The notes beneath the pieces are model-generated. The model was not told the origin of the DNA. It did not search any database and worked only from the letters and a program-made list of their open reading frames with translations. A program made the position numbers and the translations under genes. A DNA stretch of 64,000 nucleotides from Octopus vulgaris (lineage: Eukaryota). Positions 17,081 through 32,321 of the stretch are shown in pieces (the first letter of the stretch is position 1; every line of letters begins with the position of its first letter). The stretch covers positions 18,104,001 through 18,168,000 of the forward strand of contig OX597817.1 in assembly GCA_951406725.2 (NCBI GenBank), read 5' to 3'.

Positions 17081-17490
17081 ATCATCATCATCATCATTGT
17101 TCGACCGTGGTCGAGACAATGGAATTTACCATGCTACGCCAGACTTCACGGTTCATCATGGCATTACGGAGGTTCTGTTGCTGGATGCCTGTATCCCTGG
17201 AGATTACATCAGGGTAGGAGAGTGTACACCCTCTGGTATTGCGAGTAGATGGCTTCCAGAGGAGAAGAGTAGAAATTACCTCTTTTTCAGCTCTACAATA
17301 ATGTCCAGCAAATTGGACTCTCTTACCTTTCACAAGAGATGACACAGGTGGTAGTTTCCCATATATTTGCATTTTGGTTGGATGGCGCTTCCACGAGAGA
17401 TTTTGAGCTTTCATAAGGAGGCGAGTGTAGGTTCCATCCAACCGCCTCTCAAGCTTCTTTGATAACGTCCAGGTTTCTGAGCCATATACA
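17081..17490 (-). mobile_element. RTE-group LINE 3' fragment, reading frame open to the end
   Basis: YGSETWTLSKKLERRLDGTYTRLL...VQFAGH...NREVWRSMVNSIVSTTVEQ*, where the stop codon is the first unit of the (TGA)n tail. Confidence 0.85.
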
Positions 17491-18078
17491 CTCTTATATA
17501 CATGTACGTTACATTTTATTACACGTATCTTTTGATATACAAGCCCCGGCGAAAATTCATAGTCAGTCATCTTTTCAAAATAGATGAATAGCTGACCACT
17601 TCTTCATATATTGAGTCCTTTCTATAGTTTGTTTGTTGTTTTTAGCTATTAAGAACACATTATTAACAGACACCCCCCTCATTCACTCACTCATTCATTC
17701 ACTCACTCACTCACTCACTCATTCACTCACTCACACACACACACACACACACACAGACGCACACATGCACACACATTTTTCAGAGTGTTGTAAAATATCT
17801 ATTTCACAGGCAGCTGGTGTTTTAGCAGCATCGATTTCTTTCGTAGGCATAAATGTTGAAAATTTATATGAGACTATGCGATATTGCCGTATTTCTCAGG
17901 GGGTATATTTGTTAAATGAAATGGAAATGGACAAAGGAAATGAAATGAAACGAAACGAATAGAGATTGTGTGTAGAAGTGTAATGCAATAGCCACTACGA
18001 AGTATCGAAACTGGTTCACCCACTAGGAACTCGCCTAATTTACATTTGTTATTTACATTTATCACTCGACTGTGCAGT

Positions 18079-18136
<58 letters not shown>

Positions 18137-18390
18137 CGTTTTATGTCTTTAGGCAAAGCACTTCACTTCACACCTATTCAGTTGAAAATAAACAGAAGAC
18201 CAGACATGTTTGATAAAATATGTTTAGAAAATGTAAATGTCTCATTAGTATGAAAATCTGTTGTTGTTGAATTCAGCTTCAATAAGTATTGTTCTTTAAC
18301 TCTGACCGTGCAGACATGATCGAAAGCATTCCAGCCGTGGCTATATCGTCTTTTTAAGTGTATGTCTACAATATCCTTTTTTATGTTTAA

Positions 18391-18760
18391 GGAGCACCGC
18401 CTTTAGTCGAGCAAATCGACCCCAGGACTTATTCTTTGTAAGCCCAGTACTTATTCTATCGGTCTCTTTTGCCGAACCGCTAAGTTACGGGAACATAAAC
18501 ACACCAGAATCGGTTGTCAAGCGATGTTGTGGGGAGACAAACACAGACATACAAACACACACACATACACACACATACATATGTATGACGGGCTTCTTTC
18601 TGTTTCCGTCTACCAAATCCACTCACAAGGCATGGTCGGCCCGAGGCTATGGTTTCGGGCTCAGTCCCTCTGCGTGGCACTTTGGGCCACACAGTGGGAC
18701 TGAACCCGGAACCATGTGGTTGGTAAGCTAGCTACTTACCACACAGCCACTCCTGCGCCT
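18391..18760 (-). mobile_element. SINE family D with a small internal inversion (about 18649-18687)
   Basis: Matches the family-D consensus from 34091 and 39821. Confidence 0.85.
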
Positions 18761-18799
18761 GTATTAAATATTTTTTCGCATAAATTTACAGAGCAAAGA

Positions 18800-19760
18800 A
18801 GATTTTCGTTACTTGTGCTATTGTTGATTTTGAAACTGTATCGATAGCATATTCAGATAGTGTAGCTTCTTCAAGAGGCGGATATCACTGCTTCTTTAAA
18901 GTATGATTAGATGTGATTAGATCTACAAACATGGTGATATATGTTTTCGAATCCAAATGCTTTTCGTGTATTCTGTTCTAGGAGATACGTTAAACCTAAA
19001 CTATCTTTAGGTATCATTATTTACACGTAACAATGCAAATAAATTGTAAGCTGTTTGGATGTCTCAGCAAAAGATATTATTATCACGAAACAAGAAGCTC
19101 AGTATCATGAAATACCACATGCCAATTGGAATAGATTATGATATAACCAATGTTGAATGCATTTTCTATCAAGTCAATTTTTGGTGTAAAGATGAGCTGA
19201 CATATTCACAAAATAGCAAAATAAAAGTGATTTCATGAGATTGGAGAGTTACATCAAGGCAAGAACGCAAAAAGATCATTATTTGTAATTGACATGAGAT
19301 GGCAATAATTCTTCTGAGACTTAAATCTTCGGGCCATTTCCAATTCAAATGAATCATAGCTGTTTCATTTACACCGTTAATACCTACACCATAGACGAAA
19401 CTTATAAAAGTGAAGTCTAAAGGCATTGTTAAGATATTCTGAAAATTGTGTGGCAAACACTGACATAGTATTTGTATAGCCTGTTGACAAAAGAAGAACC
19501 GTCATTCTACTATTTTAGAACCTAGTAACACATTTGTGTTTAAGTGAGAGAATTTGAGGTTTTAGATATTGCTACAAAGAACAACACAGTTTTCTTTTAG
19601 AAGTGCATCAAACACTGGTGCAGTGGTGTTAAGTGCAATATTTCCGGGGTGGTGGCCAACTTTGGAATATACGACTATGTGGGTAAAGAAATTTTCTCCT
19701 CGTAGATCTATATCAAAGGTTTTCTGTGTTTAGGTTTCCTGTATCAAGGGTTCTTTCGAA
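18800..19760 (-). mobile_element. Possible highly decayed Penelope-like element 3' region (GIY-YIG-like remnant)
   Basis: Frameshifted FILLFC/ICQLIFT resembles YxLxCxxCxxxYxG; heavily degenerate. Confidence 0.3.
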
Positions 19761-20859
19761 TACATGAATACAGGGTAACTAAATATCCAGGATAACTAAA
19801 TATCCACAAAATGATGTATCTGTTGCATATAAGAAGTGACTGTTTTCGAGGTTGCTGTTGCCACTTAGATGTTACAGCTCAGTATACTCCGAGAGTGGTT
19901 AGTAACTTGAAAAAAAATGTTTATATTAAAAAAAATACCGAGGTATTCCGCTAGTTCAAACTAATGTTTCTGAAGCCGAAGCTGTACAAATCAATAAGAT
20001 ACTGAAATTTAGCAAATGATTGCTTGATTGTAGTTATTAAGATCTCTGTCGTGTTTCTGTCACCAGAAGACTCATTTCATAAGCAAGGACACTACTTACA
20101 ACCAGAAGTCAAAGAGTTATTAAACAAAGACACAAATTACGATTAGAAACCGAGGAATTACACAGTGGATTTTTAAGCATGAGTTGTGGGTAGATCTCTA
20201 GCCTCAGGTAATTGGTATCGAAGTGAACAACAGCCGAAAGCATGTGAATGTCATTCGGCAATGGCTTGTTCCAGGAATGAGGCTCTTGTGCGGAATATAT
20301 TCAATTACAACCACAGCACCAAGTCCGATTTGGAGTATTTAGAACGTGCTTCATTTCACCGAGCTTTTAACAGACTAATACGACGAGAGAACCTCTTCGT
20401 GATAATTTAATCTGCTAAAAACAGCCACCAAATCTCTCTCAAGTCAAATCCTATTATCTAAAAAAGTTCATTGAATATAGATATAAAAGCATTTTGTTTG
20501 ACAAAACATTAACTCAAAGCAAGATGTTTACAGCTAGAATTCATTGTTATAGGTCTGACCGAATGACAATGAGCTACGGCTAAATGATAGCACCACAGAC
20601 TGAGAAGTTAGCAGTCTCTGTCAAAACACATAAGTATGTCCTTGGACAGAATATTTTTTCTCTATTTTGCATTTATACTCTGCTGTAAAGACTGATTGAA
20701 GTGCTTAGTAAGGGTTCTAAGAGGTGAGACTTTCCCTCAAACTCTTACCAAATGCACCGATTAAAGTAAATGACGAAAGGAAATGTCCTTATTGCCCTGC
20801 TGAAAAGTACTGGCAGAACACCTGAGAAAACATAGCAATTTGTAACAGATCGATGAACA

Positions 20860-22900
20860 TTCGTGAACTCTAGTCCTACTTGCACTCCATCCGTCATCCA
20901 TTACTTACACGCAAATCACAGATATTTTTCCTTCCGAAACTATTATCTTATCTGTTATTTTATAACTCATTCTGCTGTCCAAGCTACAATCTATATTTAA
21001 ACTTCAGTCGTAGAATCCACACTACCATTATGCCACAATTTCATTCAGGAAATCAGCAGCAAGGAATCCCAATTATTATAGTACTAAATCTTCCTTCTTC
21101 AATCCTCTAAATTTATCTGCTGCCTCAGTCGTTCTTCAAGACTCCAACCACCAACAATTTTGATTATTGCCGCTTCTGCATCAATATATATCTCTACTTC
21201 AGCCGAGCAGCTAACCGAAACTATCTTCTTAAATTTGTCGCTGCATATCACTCACATAACCAAAGTTCAAAACCACAAATGACCCGGCGTCTTTAGATGT
21301 AAGCCAAATGATTTACATGTCATGCTGCAGTAGTACAGGCTAAAAACACATGTAGATCCACGGCTCATGCAAATACCACCATCTTCTCTGTCGTAACCAT
21401 TAAGGGCAGCTGACATCTTGCATTTAAAGATTGTGTATATGTTTAGAAACTGCGAGGAGCTTTCTGCAGTAGACGTGACTCCTTTTCATCTGACTGGACA
21501 AGAGCCACGTAAAATGAAGTGGCTTCCCAACATTCCGCCAACTTCAGGAATCGAATCCATAACCTTACGATAGGGAGTCCAATAACCTAACCTGTGTGTC
21601 AAGAAGGCCGGCATCATCTCAGGGTAACATTCGTAAAACTAAAGAAACCGTCGATCTTCGCTCTTCCTACATCCTACCCTGTAGCTAGTCCTTCTGGTGT
21701 TTTCTAAAATGATCAACATAAATATTGGGAGATCATCCTACTAACCATTCTTCAACAATGAAAGCCTGTAAAAATATTTGAAAAATTCAAATATATGAGG
21801 TCATGTCACTTTCGTTCCTTTAAAACGGCGCATCTCATATTGTTCATAGGCTTCCCAAACTCTTAACTTTTCTCTTTTTATAGCAATCTATTGTCATTTT
21901 TAGACAGAAGCTATGGTATGTCCCACCATCAAGAAACGCAACCTTATAACCCCCAGTGCCAATAACTTATGCAAATTGTTGTTAACAATACTTTTTTCCA
22001 ACACCTTGAGTTCCTCTCCCTGCTCACCGACTACCAGTACCATAATCTATGCTGCCTTCATGACCCAAGATATGAAAAACATATTTCTTTTCGATGCCAA
22101 TATGAATGAAGACATCGAAAACTTGATTTCTAGATGAGGTTAAGCTCGTTCCTTCAACAGCACAAGAATACATAGCCATTGCATATGTTAAAGAAACAAT
22201 ATTTTATTTAATTTTGTCTACTCATGAAAAGTACGTAAGGAAATCTTACATAGGTGCTACAAATACTCGCTTGAAAATCATTGAGTATCTCTCATGATAA
22301 TCACACATTCATGACGTCGCAAAAACTGTTTTCCAAAGTCTAGTCTGGGTCTTCAGGGCCAGAAAATACTTCAGGTTCGAACAGCTAACGACTCGCTACA
22401 AAGCCCAAATATTACCACAATGGAATACTGGGACGGCACTGTTGTTTCATACAAACACATTTTAGATTTCATTCAAAAGGAATCTACATGATTCACTCAC
22501 CAACATACACCAGCATTTGTTTCACAGGAGCACTTTTCGTCACTGTTCCTTTTCTACAATCTCCACAGAGGCATCTAATTCTTAGAGCTTGCACCATAGC
22601 CCTTTCACCTAATTCCATCTACAACGCTCATCTTATCTCGTCCGGTCACTCATTCTGCGTCAGCCTTTCCATACTCCTCACTAACCACTTTGATCAATCA
22701 TTCTTCTCCATTCTTAAACCTCTGGAATTCTCTTCTAGCTCTATAGTTGTCAATTTCCAACTATTTAAACTCAGCATCAGTTGCAGCAATGTGATCCGTT
22801 TTGAAGGGCCTGAGCAGGTCATGAGTACACCATAAAGAAATACTGAGTAACTGGATATAAGAAAAAGGACCTGATGGGCATACATGAAAAATGGGACCAC
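20860..22900 (+). mobile_element. Possible decayed Penelope-like element
   Basis: KSYIGATNTRL near 22240-22272 (GIY-YIG YIG motif) and a PKVHK-like remnant near 21260; many stops. Confidence 0.35.
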
Positions 22901-25363
22901 TTACTAAGCAAACAGTGTAATAAAAAGCAAATACTACTACAGAAAAGTCTCAAGTCTTATATTTCATATTTTCTATATTTCAAAAGCAAGTTCTTACCAT
23001 GAATATAAAGTAGTTTTCATCGATGCTTATAAATAACTCTTTCATGTTTATAAAAATAACTTCCTTCCAAGTTTTATAAATTGGTTTAGTCACATATTCA
23101 TGAACTTGCTTCCTTCCATTTTTATCAACTTGATATCCTTCTATGCTTACAAAATGACTTTCTTCTTTGTTGACAAAAAATAGCCACCATCCATGTCGAT
23201 AAATTAACTTCCTTTTATGTCTATAAACTAGCTTCTTTTCACCTGCACAAACTTAATATTTCTCATATTAATGAACCTGCTTGCTTTAACACTCGAGAAC
23301 ACGGGTAGTTAATTGGCTAGAGTAGCAGACAACTAACGGAGCAGACAGCGGTTCTTATTTTGCAACCAGTACTGTGTAGTTGTATGTGGGACCAATACAC
23401 TTACAATACACTTACAAATGGCAAATATTTCAGTAGTGGTTACCACAAGAAGAGGGAAACAAGATGATCCAAGAAGTTGCACGGCAAATATTTTGTCTTT
23501 AAGCAGTTGAATACATACAGGGATCTAATTTGGACGGGGTCCACTATGTTTGTTCAAGATACATAAATTCAAATTCTTCTGTTGTGCCTCTCTCGACCCA
23601 ATAAGTCATTCAATCACTACTCTTAAATGTCTATACCTGATTCTTTTTCTATTTTTATTCACTGACTATCTTCCCTGTTTTAGAATGTAGAAATCTCTCC
23701 TTTTGCTATTCATTCACATTTTCAACAGAAATCTGTTTTCTCCGTGATTATATATATTTGCTTTCTTACATGTTTATGAAGTATCGCAGTCCTTTTAGAT
23801 GTTGTTTTCACTATTATCTTAACGGAGAAATATCGTACATTCTTATATTACTTGGAGTAAAACGGAAAAAGGGAAATAATACAATTCGAGAAAGTTGATC
23901 GTTACCAGTTGCTCGAAACACGAGAGCTGCAACCATATGTTAACTAATGATCGGCCCACGGACACGAAATCTATGCTATTGATTAACTTTGTGTTCGTAG
24001 TTCCAATTAATTATACTTCTTCAACGACATTCAGGAATATACAGAAGAACAAAGTCTTTAGGCAAAACGTAAAGTATAGTAAATGACGATATGCAGCAAA
24101 CATTGCTTTGCATTAACATTAATACACTATCCATAAAAATAAACACAAACAAATATTAAATTCTTTCTTTTGTCTTTTGACAAAAGATAAAAAGAAATTT
24201 CATGCATTACTTAGAGTTTTACTCAGCAGCACCTGACACAAGTAAGGAAAGAAACGAAAGTTTATACAATAACAAAAGTATAGATCACATGTCAATATGG
24301 TATACCAGATATTTGCAAATTTTGCCTCGTAAAATATTCTTACCAGAATATAAACGGAAAACAAATTAATTTCTGTTCTTGGTTTAAATTTCTCGGCTAT
24401 TATTTTCTTTATACCTTGACAAAGGCCAAACTCTTAGAGATATTAACAAAGCAGAATAGATCATATGACAATATAGTACAAAACGATTGCCAAAAATTGT
24501 TTCGTAAGACATTGTTCTTCGGTAAACAAATAATATTTCAAAATTTGTAATTCTTGACTTGCCAGCGAAATTAACGAAATTTATTTGTTCCAATATAAGA
24601 GAGTGTATAATAAATAATATATTAGGCCTCTCGACTTATTTCTAAACTTGTCCTATCGATTTTTTCCCTTTTAACCATTTCTTTTCTTTTCGCAGTGTAA
24701 TAGTTTTTCGCGAATCCGTTCTTTGCAAATTGAAGTTTCTGTTGTCTTTGATTAGATTTCTTCGTTCAGTGCCATCACTCCTAGCTAGTGGTCCGTGTAA
24801 TTGAAGGCACGGTTTTAAATTAAAAAGGAAAGTAAGTGGTTGTTTGAAACGAATAAGATATATCAATATTGCCATCTCAACAAGTATGTATTTACGTATG
24901 TATGTATGTATGCATGCATGTATGTATGTATGTATGTATGTATGTATGTATGTATGTATGTATGTATGTATGTATGTATGTATGAATGTATGTATGTATG
25001 CTTAAGTGCATACACACACATATATATCCATATATAGATTCACAAATATATATTCAAGCTAACATATATGTATATATAAATACATGTATAAATACATATA
25101 TAAATACATGTATTTATATACATATATGTACGTATGCCTGCATAAAGATATATATATGTTTGTGAGTGTGTGTGTGTGTGCATGTATGTGGTGCGCGTGT
25201 GTGTGAGTGTGAATGTGTAAGTGGACATTGGTGACAAACTCAATATAGTCACATACACTGTACTTATGTACATACCAAATTATACATTAGGATACAGGAT
25301 ATTTTAAAACCTAACATTTACAAGTGTACATTTACAAAAGTATATATATATATATTTACAAAA

Positions 25364-25420
<57 letters not shown>

Positions 25421-25564
25421 CACACACATATACACACATATGTATATATATTTGTAGATGTATGTATAACTCTATATATGTATGTGAGGAAATCTCTATA
25501 TATTTTTTATATAAGTGCAGTGTGTATATACCTACATATACATACAAACACATACAACATTTAC

Positions 25565-25629
<65 letters not shown>

Positions 25630-25728
25630 TTATATATACGATATATACAAGCAGGTATATACATATATGCATATATGTATATTATATCTATCAGCATACA
25701 TATGTACATATACACGTATATATGTATA

Positions 25729-25960
25729 CTAGCGGCTAGGCCCGGTTTCACCCTGTCTTTCTGAATGATGTGGCTGTGATCATTTTCGGTTAGGCATAAT
25801 CTATAACAACGTTTCTCAATTATATCATTTGGGATCCCCTGCTTCGATTGGACCCTCCAGCTGTAAGAAAATTTCCTGGCTCCACCCACCTGTGTCAGAA
25901 AACAGCTTCAGGAGTTGTGAAGAACGAATTTGTACGTAGTCTGTCTAATCATTAAAACAT
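25729..25960 (-). mobile_element. Helitron 3' end fragment
   Basis: CTAG terminus at 25729-25732 with an imperfect subterminal hairpin; the 5' boundary is uncertain. Confidence 0.5.
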
Positions 25961-26091
25961 TGATTTAATTATGAACATAGAAAGAACTTACACATTAATT
26001 CCTATTTTTGTAAGCAGTTGTATCTGTAAAAAAATTTATTTGCAGAGAGCAGAAATTGAAAGAAGATATATGAAATGGACGTGTGTGTGTG

Positions 26092-26140
<49 letters not shown>

Positions 26141-26893
26141 AAGTACGTGCGTGCTTGCGCATGTGTATGTGTGAGAGAAACAGGTTGAGAAAGAGAGATA
26201 GAGTAATTGAAGGTGTGTGTCGTGATGATTGACATATTTTAAGGTACACACACATACATAGAAAATGTGAGGTCATCGTATAAAATTTTTACGATAGCTG
26301 ATTTATGGAAAAGATTATGTTAAATTTTTGAAATGCAAATATGTGAATGAAATTAAGTTCAGACCTCTACATGGTAGCTAGACCTGGTAGAAATAGCAGT
26401 CAAATCTCCCTCAAAACACCCTACTGTCTTAATCCGACAATTCTGCCTATTATGTAGTTTGAATGAGAAATTGTAACTAAAGGCTACTAAAGAGGTGAAA
26501 GAAGAGAAACAGCATAGCGAAAGTTTTGGCTGACTGACATCCTGTACTCCCCTTGTTGCTAGCGAAATGGTCTATGCCGGCTGTGTGAGAAACTGGTCGT
26601 TTTAATGGCGGAACAAAAATGGAAATTCCATTAGAAAAAGTTTTAATCGATTTTCTTGGTAACTATGGAGGCTAGGAAAAAATACAAAACGCATTCCAAT
26701 CTATGCACCCGTCTCCACATGTGTGCCATTTTTTCACGCGAATCCATCCGTCTGGCTGTGAACCTCAAGACAAGAAAGAATACAACGATCGCCCATGTCC
26801 AATTTATATTACAGATAAAACATACATTTATATATATGTATGTATTGCATATATATGTATGCGCGCACACACACACATATATATATATTTATG

Positions 26894-26944
<51 letters not shown>

Positions 26945-26968
26945 AAAAAAGCAACAAGAATGGATTAG

Positions 26969-27062
26969 TTTTTCTGTACAATTGTTTCATACGAAGAACT
27001 GCTTTATTAAAAGCTGCAAATATTGCAGCAAATACAAGTGTCCCGTACTCATCAGCCAAAAC
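26969..27062 (-). ncRNA. Minimal type-I hammerhead ribozyme motif with canonical core, inside a ~260-bp element (26941-27202) flanked by (TA)n
   Basis: Minus strand: GTTTTGG-CTGATGA-GTACG...CGTAT-GAAAC-AATT-GTA-CAGAAAAAC; stem II GTACG/CGTAT; palindromic stem III ACAATTGT; stem I imperfect. Confidence 0.7.
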
Positions 27063-27199
27063 ACATATGAGTTTTTTCTTGTTTATAATCACCCCACATT
27101 ATTTTATGGTTAATACCATATAGATTTCTGGTGCATCTAAGTTAAGTACCGCATTCATGTGAATTCATTGGAACTCACTTGAAACTTAATTGCTTTTAC

Positions 27200-27259
<60 letters not shown>

Positions 27260-27389
27260 GAGAGGTTTTGGTATCCAGAAGACTCCAAAGGCAGGTAAGG
27301 CTATATTAGTGCTATGGAAGGACCGCTGTTAAACTCCCTCTTCAATAATAGTATGAGTGATGAGACTAAGGCGGGTCGTGTGAGAGCGT

Positions 27390-27698
27390 GTATATGTTAA
27401 ATAAAATATGATAACAAGGCCAGGGCAATGTGATATTTCTAGGATATTTATAAAGAGAAAGGTGATCTTACAGCTGTCTCAGGGAAATAAATGATATCTT
27501 GTCATCAGATACGAGTTAAAAGAGCTTCAATAGAAGGAGAGTTCAAATAGAGTTCATCTCTCCCTTTATATTTTCTCTATCTATCCCTTTCCAAAATAAC
27601 TTCTTATATAAAGAACTCTACTAATTTCTTCTATTGAAACTTACTTAACTTGTCTCTGATGTAAGACCACCTTTCTCTTTATAAATATCCTAGAAATA
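27390..27698. mobile_element. Penelope-like inverted pseudo-LTR pair (right arm continues at 28565-28620) with a degenerate hammerhead at 27465-27512 (minus strand)
   Basis: 27436-27472 is the reverse complement of 27660-27697; minus strand GTAT-CTGATGA-N21-GAGAC-AGCT-GTA-AGAT. Confidence 0.65.
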
Positions 27699-27790
27699 AT
27701 ACAGTTCCATATTTAAGAGATGAGGAATTACGTACATTATTTACATTATTTATAATTGACGGATATTTGTCCCCATCTTGTTTATTGTTA

Positions 27791-27834
27791 ACACAACGTT
27801 TCGGCTGATATACCATCCAGCCTTCTTCAAGTGT
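27791..27834 (-). ncRNA. Minimal hammerhead-like motif (variant core)
   Basis: ACAC-TTGAAGA-A-GGCTG-N10-CAGCC-GAAAC-GT-T-GTGT; stem I ACAC/GTGT, stem II GGCTG/CAGCC, loop-less ACGT stem III. Confidence 0.55.
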
Positions 27835-27917
27835 CTTGGGGAAATTCCGAACCTGAGTTCTCATTCCTAAAGTATTTTCCGATGTTGCTGTTGTTGTTGT
27901 TATTGTTGTTGTTGTTG

Positions 27918-28431
<514 letters not shown>

Positions 28432-28611
28432 GGTCACTGCCTGGAATCGAACTCGGAATCTTGGAGTTAGTAGCCCGCCCTGAAGGGTATATCAGCCGAA
28501 ACGCTGTGTTAACAATAAACAAGATGGGGACAAATATGTCAACTGTAAATAATGTAAATAATGTATATCCTAGAAATATCATATTACCTTGGCCTTGTTA
28601 TATTTTAGTTA

Positions 28612-28643
<32 letters not shown>

Positions 28644-28676
28644 ACACACATACACACACACATACACACACACACA

Positions 28677-29095
<419 letters not shown>

Positions 29096-29289
29096 CACAT
29101 GCATATATATATATATATACATATATATTTATATATATATGCAAAGAGAGAGAGAGAGAGAGAGAGACTCATGTATACATAAATTATATACGTATATACA
29201 TACAAACTATTAATATGTGTATTGAAAAGGACTACGCAAGGTCAAATTGATATGCCAAATAGGCTTGCTATTGTACGGGCAAATTAAGT

Positions 29290-31140
29290 GACCAAAAACG
29301 AAAGATGGCAGGAAACATTATGTCCAAACTATACACAAGATGCCTCACCAATTCGTCCTAGATCACTATGACTGATGGGCAGGTAGGTGGAAAGATCGGA
29401 GAGCGGGGATGTACTGAACAACTTTTGATAAAAAGAAAATATCGTGGACTTGCAACAGTATGGATTGATTATAAGTATTTCAAAGGGGATACTCCGAGGG
29501 AAAAGTCTTTCCATAATTCTATTCAGTTTCGCAATAAATGTATTGTCATTCATACCACAAATATCAAATGGTTACATGCTAGGGTCTGCAACTGCCAGAG
29601 ATATTAATGTAACCCATAATGTCTTTGTGGATGACCTAAAGATTTACGCTAACATTTTAACAATGCCACTCCCACAAAAAATACATAAATAAGTAAAACA
29701 GAAAGAACTGTTCATATTTGATTTTTGAATGTGGAAAGTCGGTCCTTCAGGCCCCGCAACTTGTGTATCAATGGTTTCACTATCTCTCTTGTTTCACACA
29801 AAGAATACTACAACTACCTATGTATACACGACGTTACTGGGAATAAAAATAGAGTGATCCGAGAATATTATGCCAGGCTTAGAAAAATATGGCGGGTGGA
29901 ATTCTCCTTACAAGAAAACAATATTCCACAATACATTTGCAGTGCCAGTGCTGGGTCCAAAATTTGTGATACAGGAGTAGTCTGTAGAGGGAAACCACTC
30001 CATAGACATTAAAACCGCAAGATCCTGACATCAACTGGAAAATTCCACAGAAATAGTGATATCAACAGGCTCTACCTAAGAAGAGATGAAGGAAGTAGAG
30101 GCTTGAGATCAGTGAGGACAACCTTCGCATATCGTATAGTTTCTCTCTGGCACCGCTTGATAAACAACAGCAGCAAAAATAAATCCATAAACTTAGTGTT
30201 AGCAGTGAGCTCCTCAGGTCGCACTCTCTTCCTGATGACCTCCTATGCAACCCCGAAACAGCTGGAATAACGTACATGAAAGAAAACCTCAATGTGAAAC
30301 GCTGAGCAACTCTCCTAAAGAAAGAAAGAAAGAAAGAAAGAAACAAGCAAAATCCCTCAAAGCTATGCATTGGTATGTTTCCCGAGGGCTTCAAAGTAGA
30401 CTAATATCGACATGAAGTGCAGTCTTTCTTGGTCTCGTGACCACTACATCACATGCCACTTCGATTTATACATTTGAAATCCAAGAAGAGGAGATTGTTG
30501 CGAAATACCTAATACGCAAGAGCCCCTAGAGGCAAACGAAAATGTAGATTATGTCATCACTATCGCTATGACAATATACATTGCCATTCGAAAAAAGACT
30601 GCTTTGGAATAAATTCGGAGAATCTTGTTATTGTATACGTACACAAAGATTAACACAAGAAATGTTGATTGAGCATTCCGATCTAAACTTCTGTCAAGTG
30701 TAAACATAACAAGCCGGATATTGTTGTTTGGGCTGAGAATGAAAAGTATGTACTGCCATAGAGGTCAGCTGTCCTGCGGATGCAGATATCTCTTCGAAAA
30801 TCAAAGAGAAAAAGGCTAATTACGGGCAACTGCTTCGAAACCTCCAGCTGCTGTATCCAGATAACAAATTTACATCTATATAAATAATAACTGGTGCACT
30901 TCATCTTGTGAGTAAACGTTTAAGTGACAATCTGGATAAGCTGGGTTTTCAGTAAAAGAAATCAATCAGTTAATTTGAATATTACAAATGCAATCTGCAA
31001 GTGGAACAATAAAAATATGAAAGACTGTTCTGAAGCTTAAAATGTGAATTTGCCTTTGTTATCTACATTCCAGCGACGTAGTCTTGTATGTTTGTTAGAA
31101 ACCAGCTCCTTCCTCAGAGTTAGAAACAGAAGAAAACATA
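29290..31140 (+). mobile_element. Decayed RLE-type (R4/NeSL-like) non-LTR retrotransposon
   Basis: Frameshifted motifs: GCTEQLLI, VWIDYK, GILRGKSLS, THNVFVDDLKIY (RT), FHRNSDINRLYL, KHNKPDIVVW (RLE). Confidence 0.75.
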
Positions 31141-31176
31141 TACAGATGCATGCAAGCATATACATATGTATATGTC

Positions 31177-31265
<89 letters not shown>

Positions 31266-31452
31266 GTGTGTGTATATATATGTGTGTGTATGTGTGTGTG
31301 TGTTTGTGTGTGGTTAAGAAACTCGCCTTGCAGCCGCGTGGTTTCCAGTTCATTCCTACTGCGTAATCTTGCTAATACCTTCTACTATGGTTCCCGGTTA
31401 ATCAAAAACTTGTTAGAGGATTTGATAGACAGAAACTATGTGGAAGCCCGTC

Positions 31453-31599
<147 letters not shown>

Positions 31600-31616
31600 T
31601 ATACATATATACATAT

Positions 31617-31689
<73 letters not shown>

Positions 31690-31692
<3 letters not shown>

Positions 31693-32321
31693 TGGGTTAT
31701 CCCATAAATAACGTGGATTTTTATACTCCTTTTATTTTCCAAAATTAAGATAAGCAAAGTTCTCTTTTGATCTAAAATATACTCTCTCTAATTTTCTATA
31801 ATGCTCTTCCATCTATCTGGTAGACCAGCAAGGCCTCTCTTCCAAAATACTCGTCCAGTACTGTTCTGACCTCGTCTACAGAATTCATATTTTTTCCGTT
31901 CAAATGGTTTTGAAGACTGCGGAATAGATGATAATCAGATGGGGCAATGTCTGGCGAATATTGTGGGTGGGGCATCGTTTCTCAATCAAACTGCTCCAGT
32001 CTTTGGAATTTCATCTTCACTGTACATGGCCGAGCATTATCCTGATAGAAGAACACCTTTCGTCTCGAAACCAAAGATGGTCGCTTTTCTTTTAGCACTA
32101 ACTTAAGCCGCTCAAGCTGCTCGCAGTAGATCTCCTTTGTTATCGTTTGGTTTGGTTTTAAAAGTTCAAAGTGAACTAAATCTTTCATATTCCACCAAAC
32201 AGATAGCAACACCTTACGTGGGTGAAAACCTTCTTTAGCCTAGGGTGCCGGTGTTTCTCCCTTTCCCTACCCACTGTCTTCGGCGCTTGACATTTTTATA
32301 GAGAACCCATTTCTCGTCACC
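31690..32321 (-). mobile_element. Mariner-family transposase 3' half with one TIR (pseudogenised)
   Basis: GDEKW, LLSVWWNMK, QDNARP, HPQYSPDIAPSDYHLFRSLQNHL; TA followed by TTGGGTTATCCCATAAATAA terminus. Confidence 0.88.
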
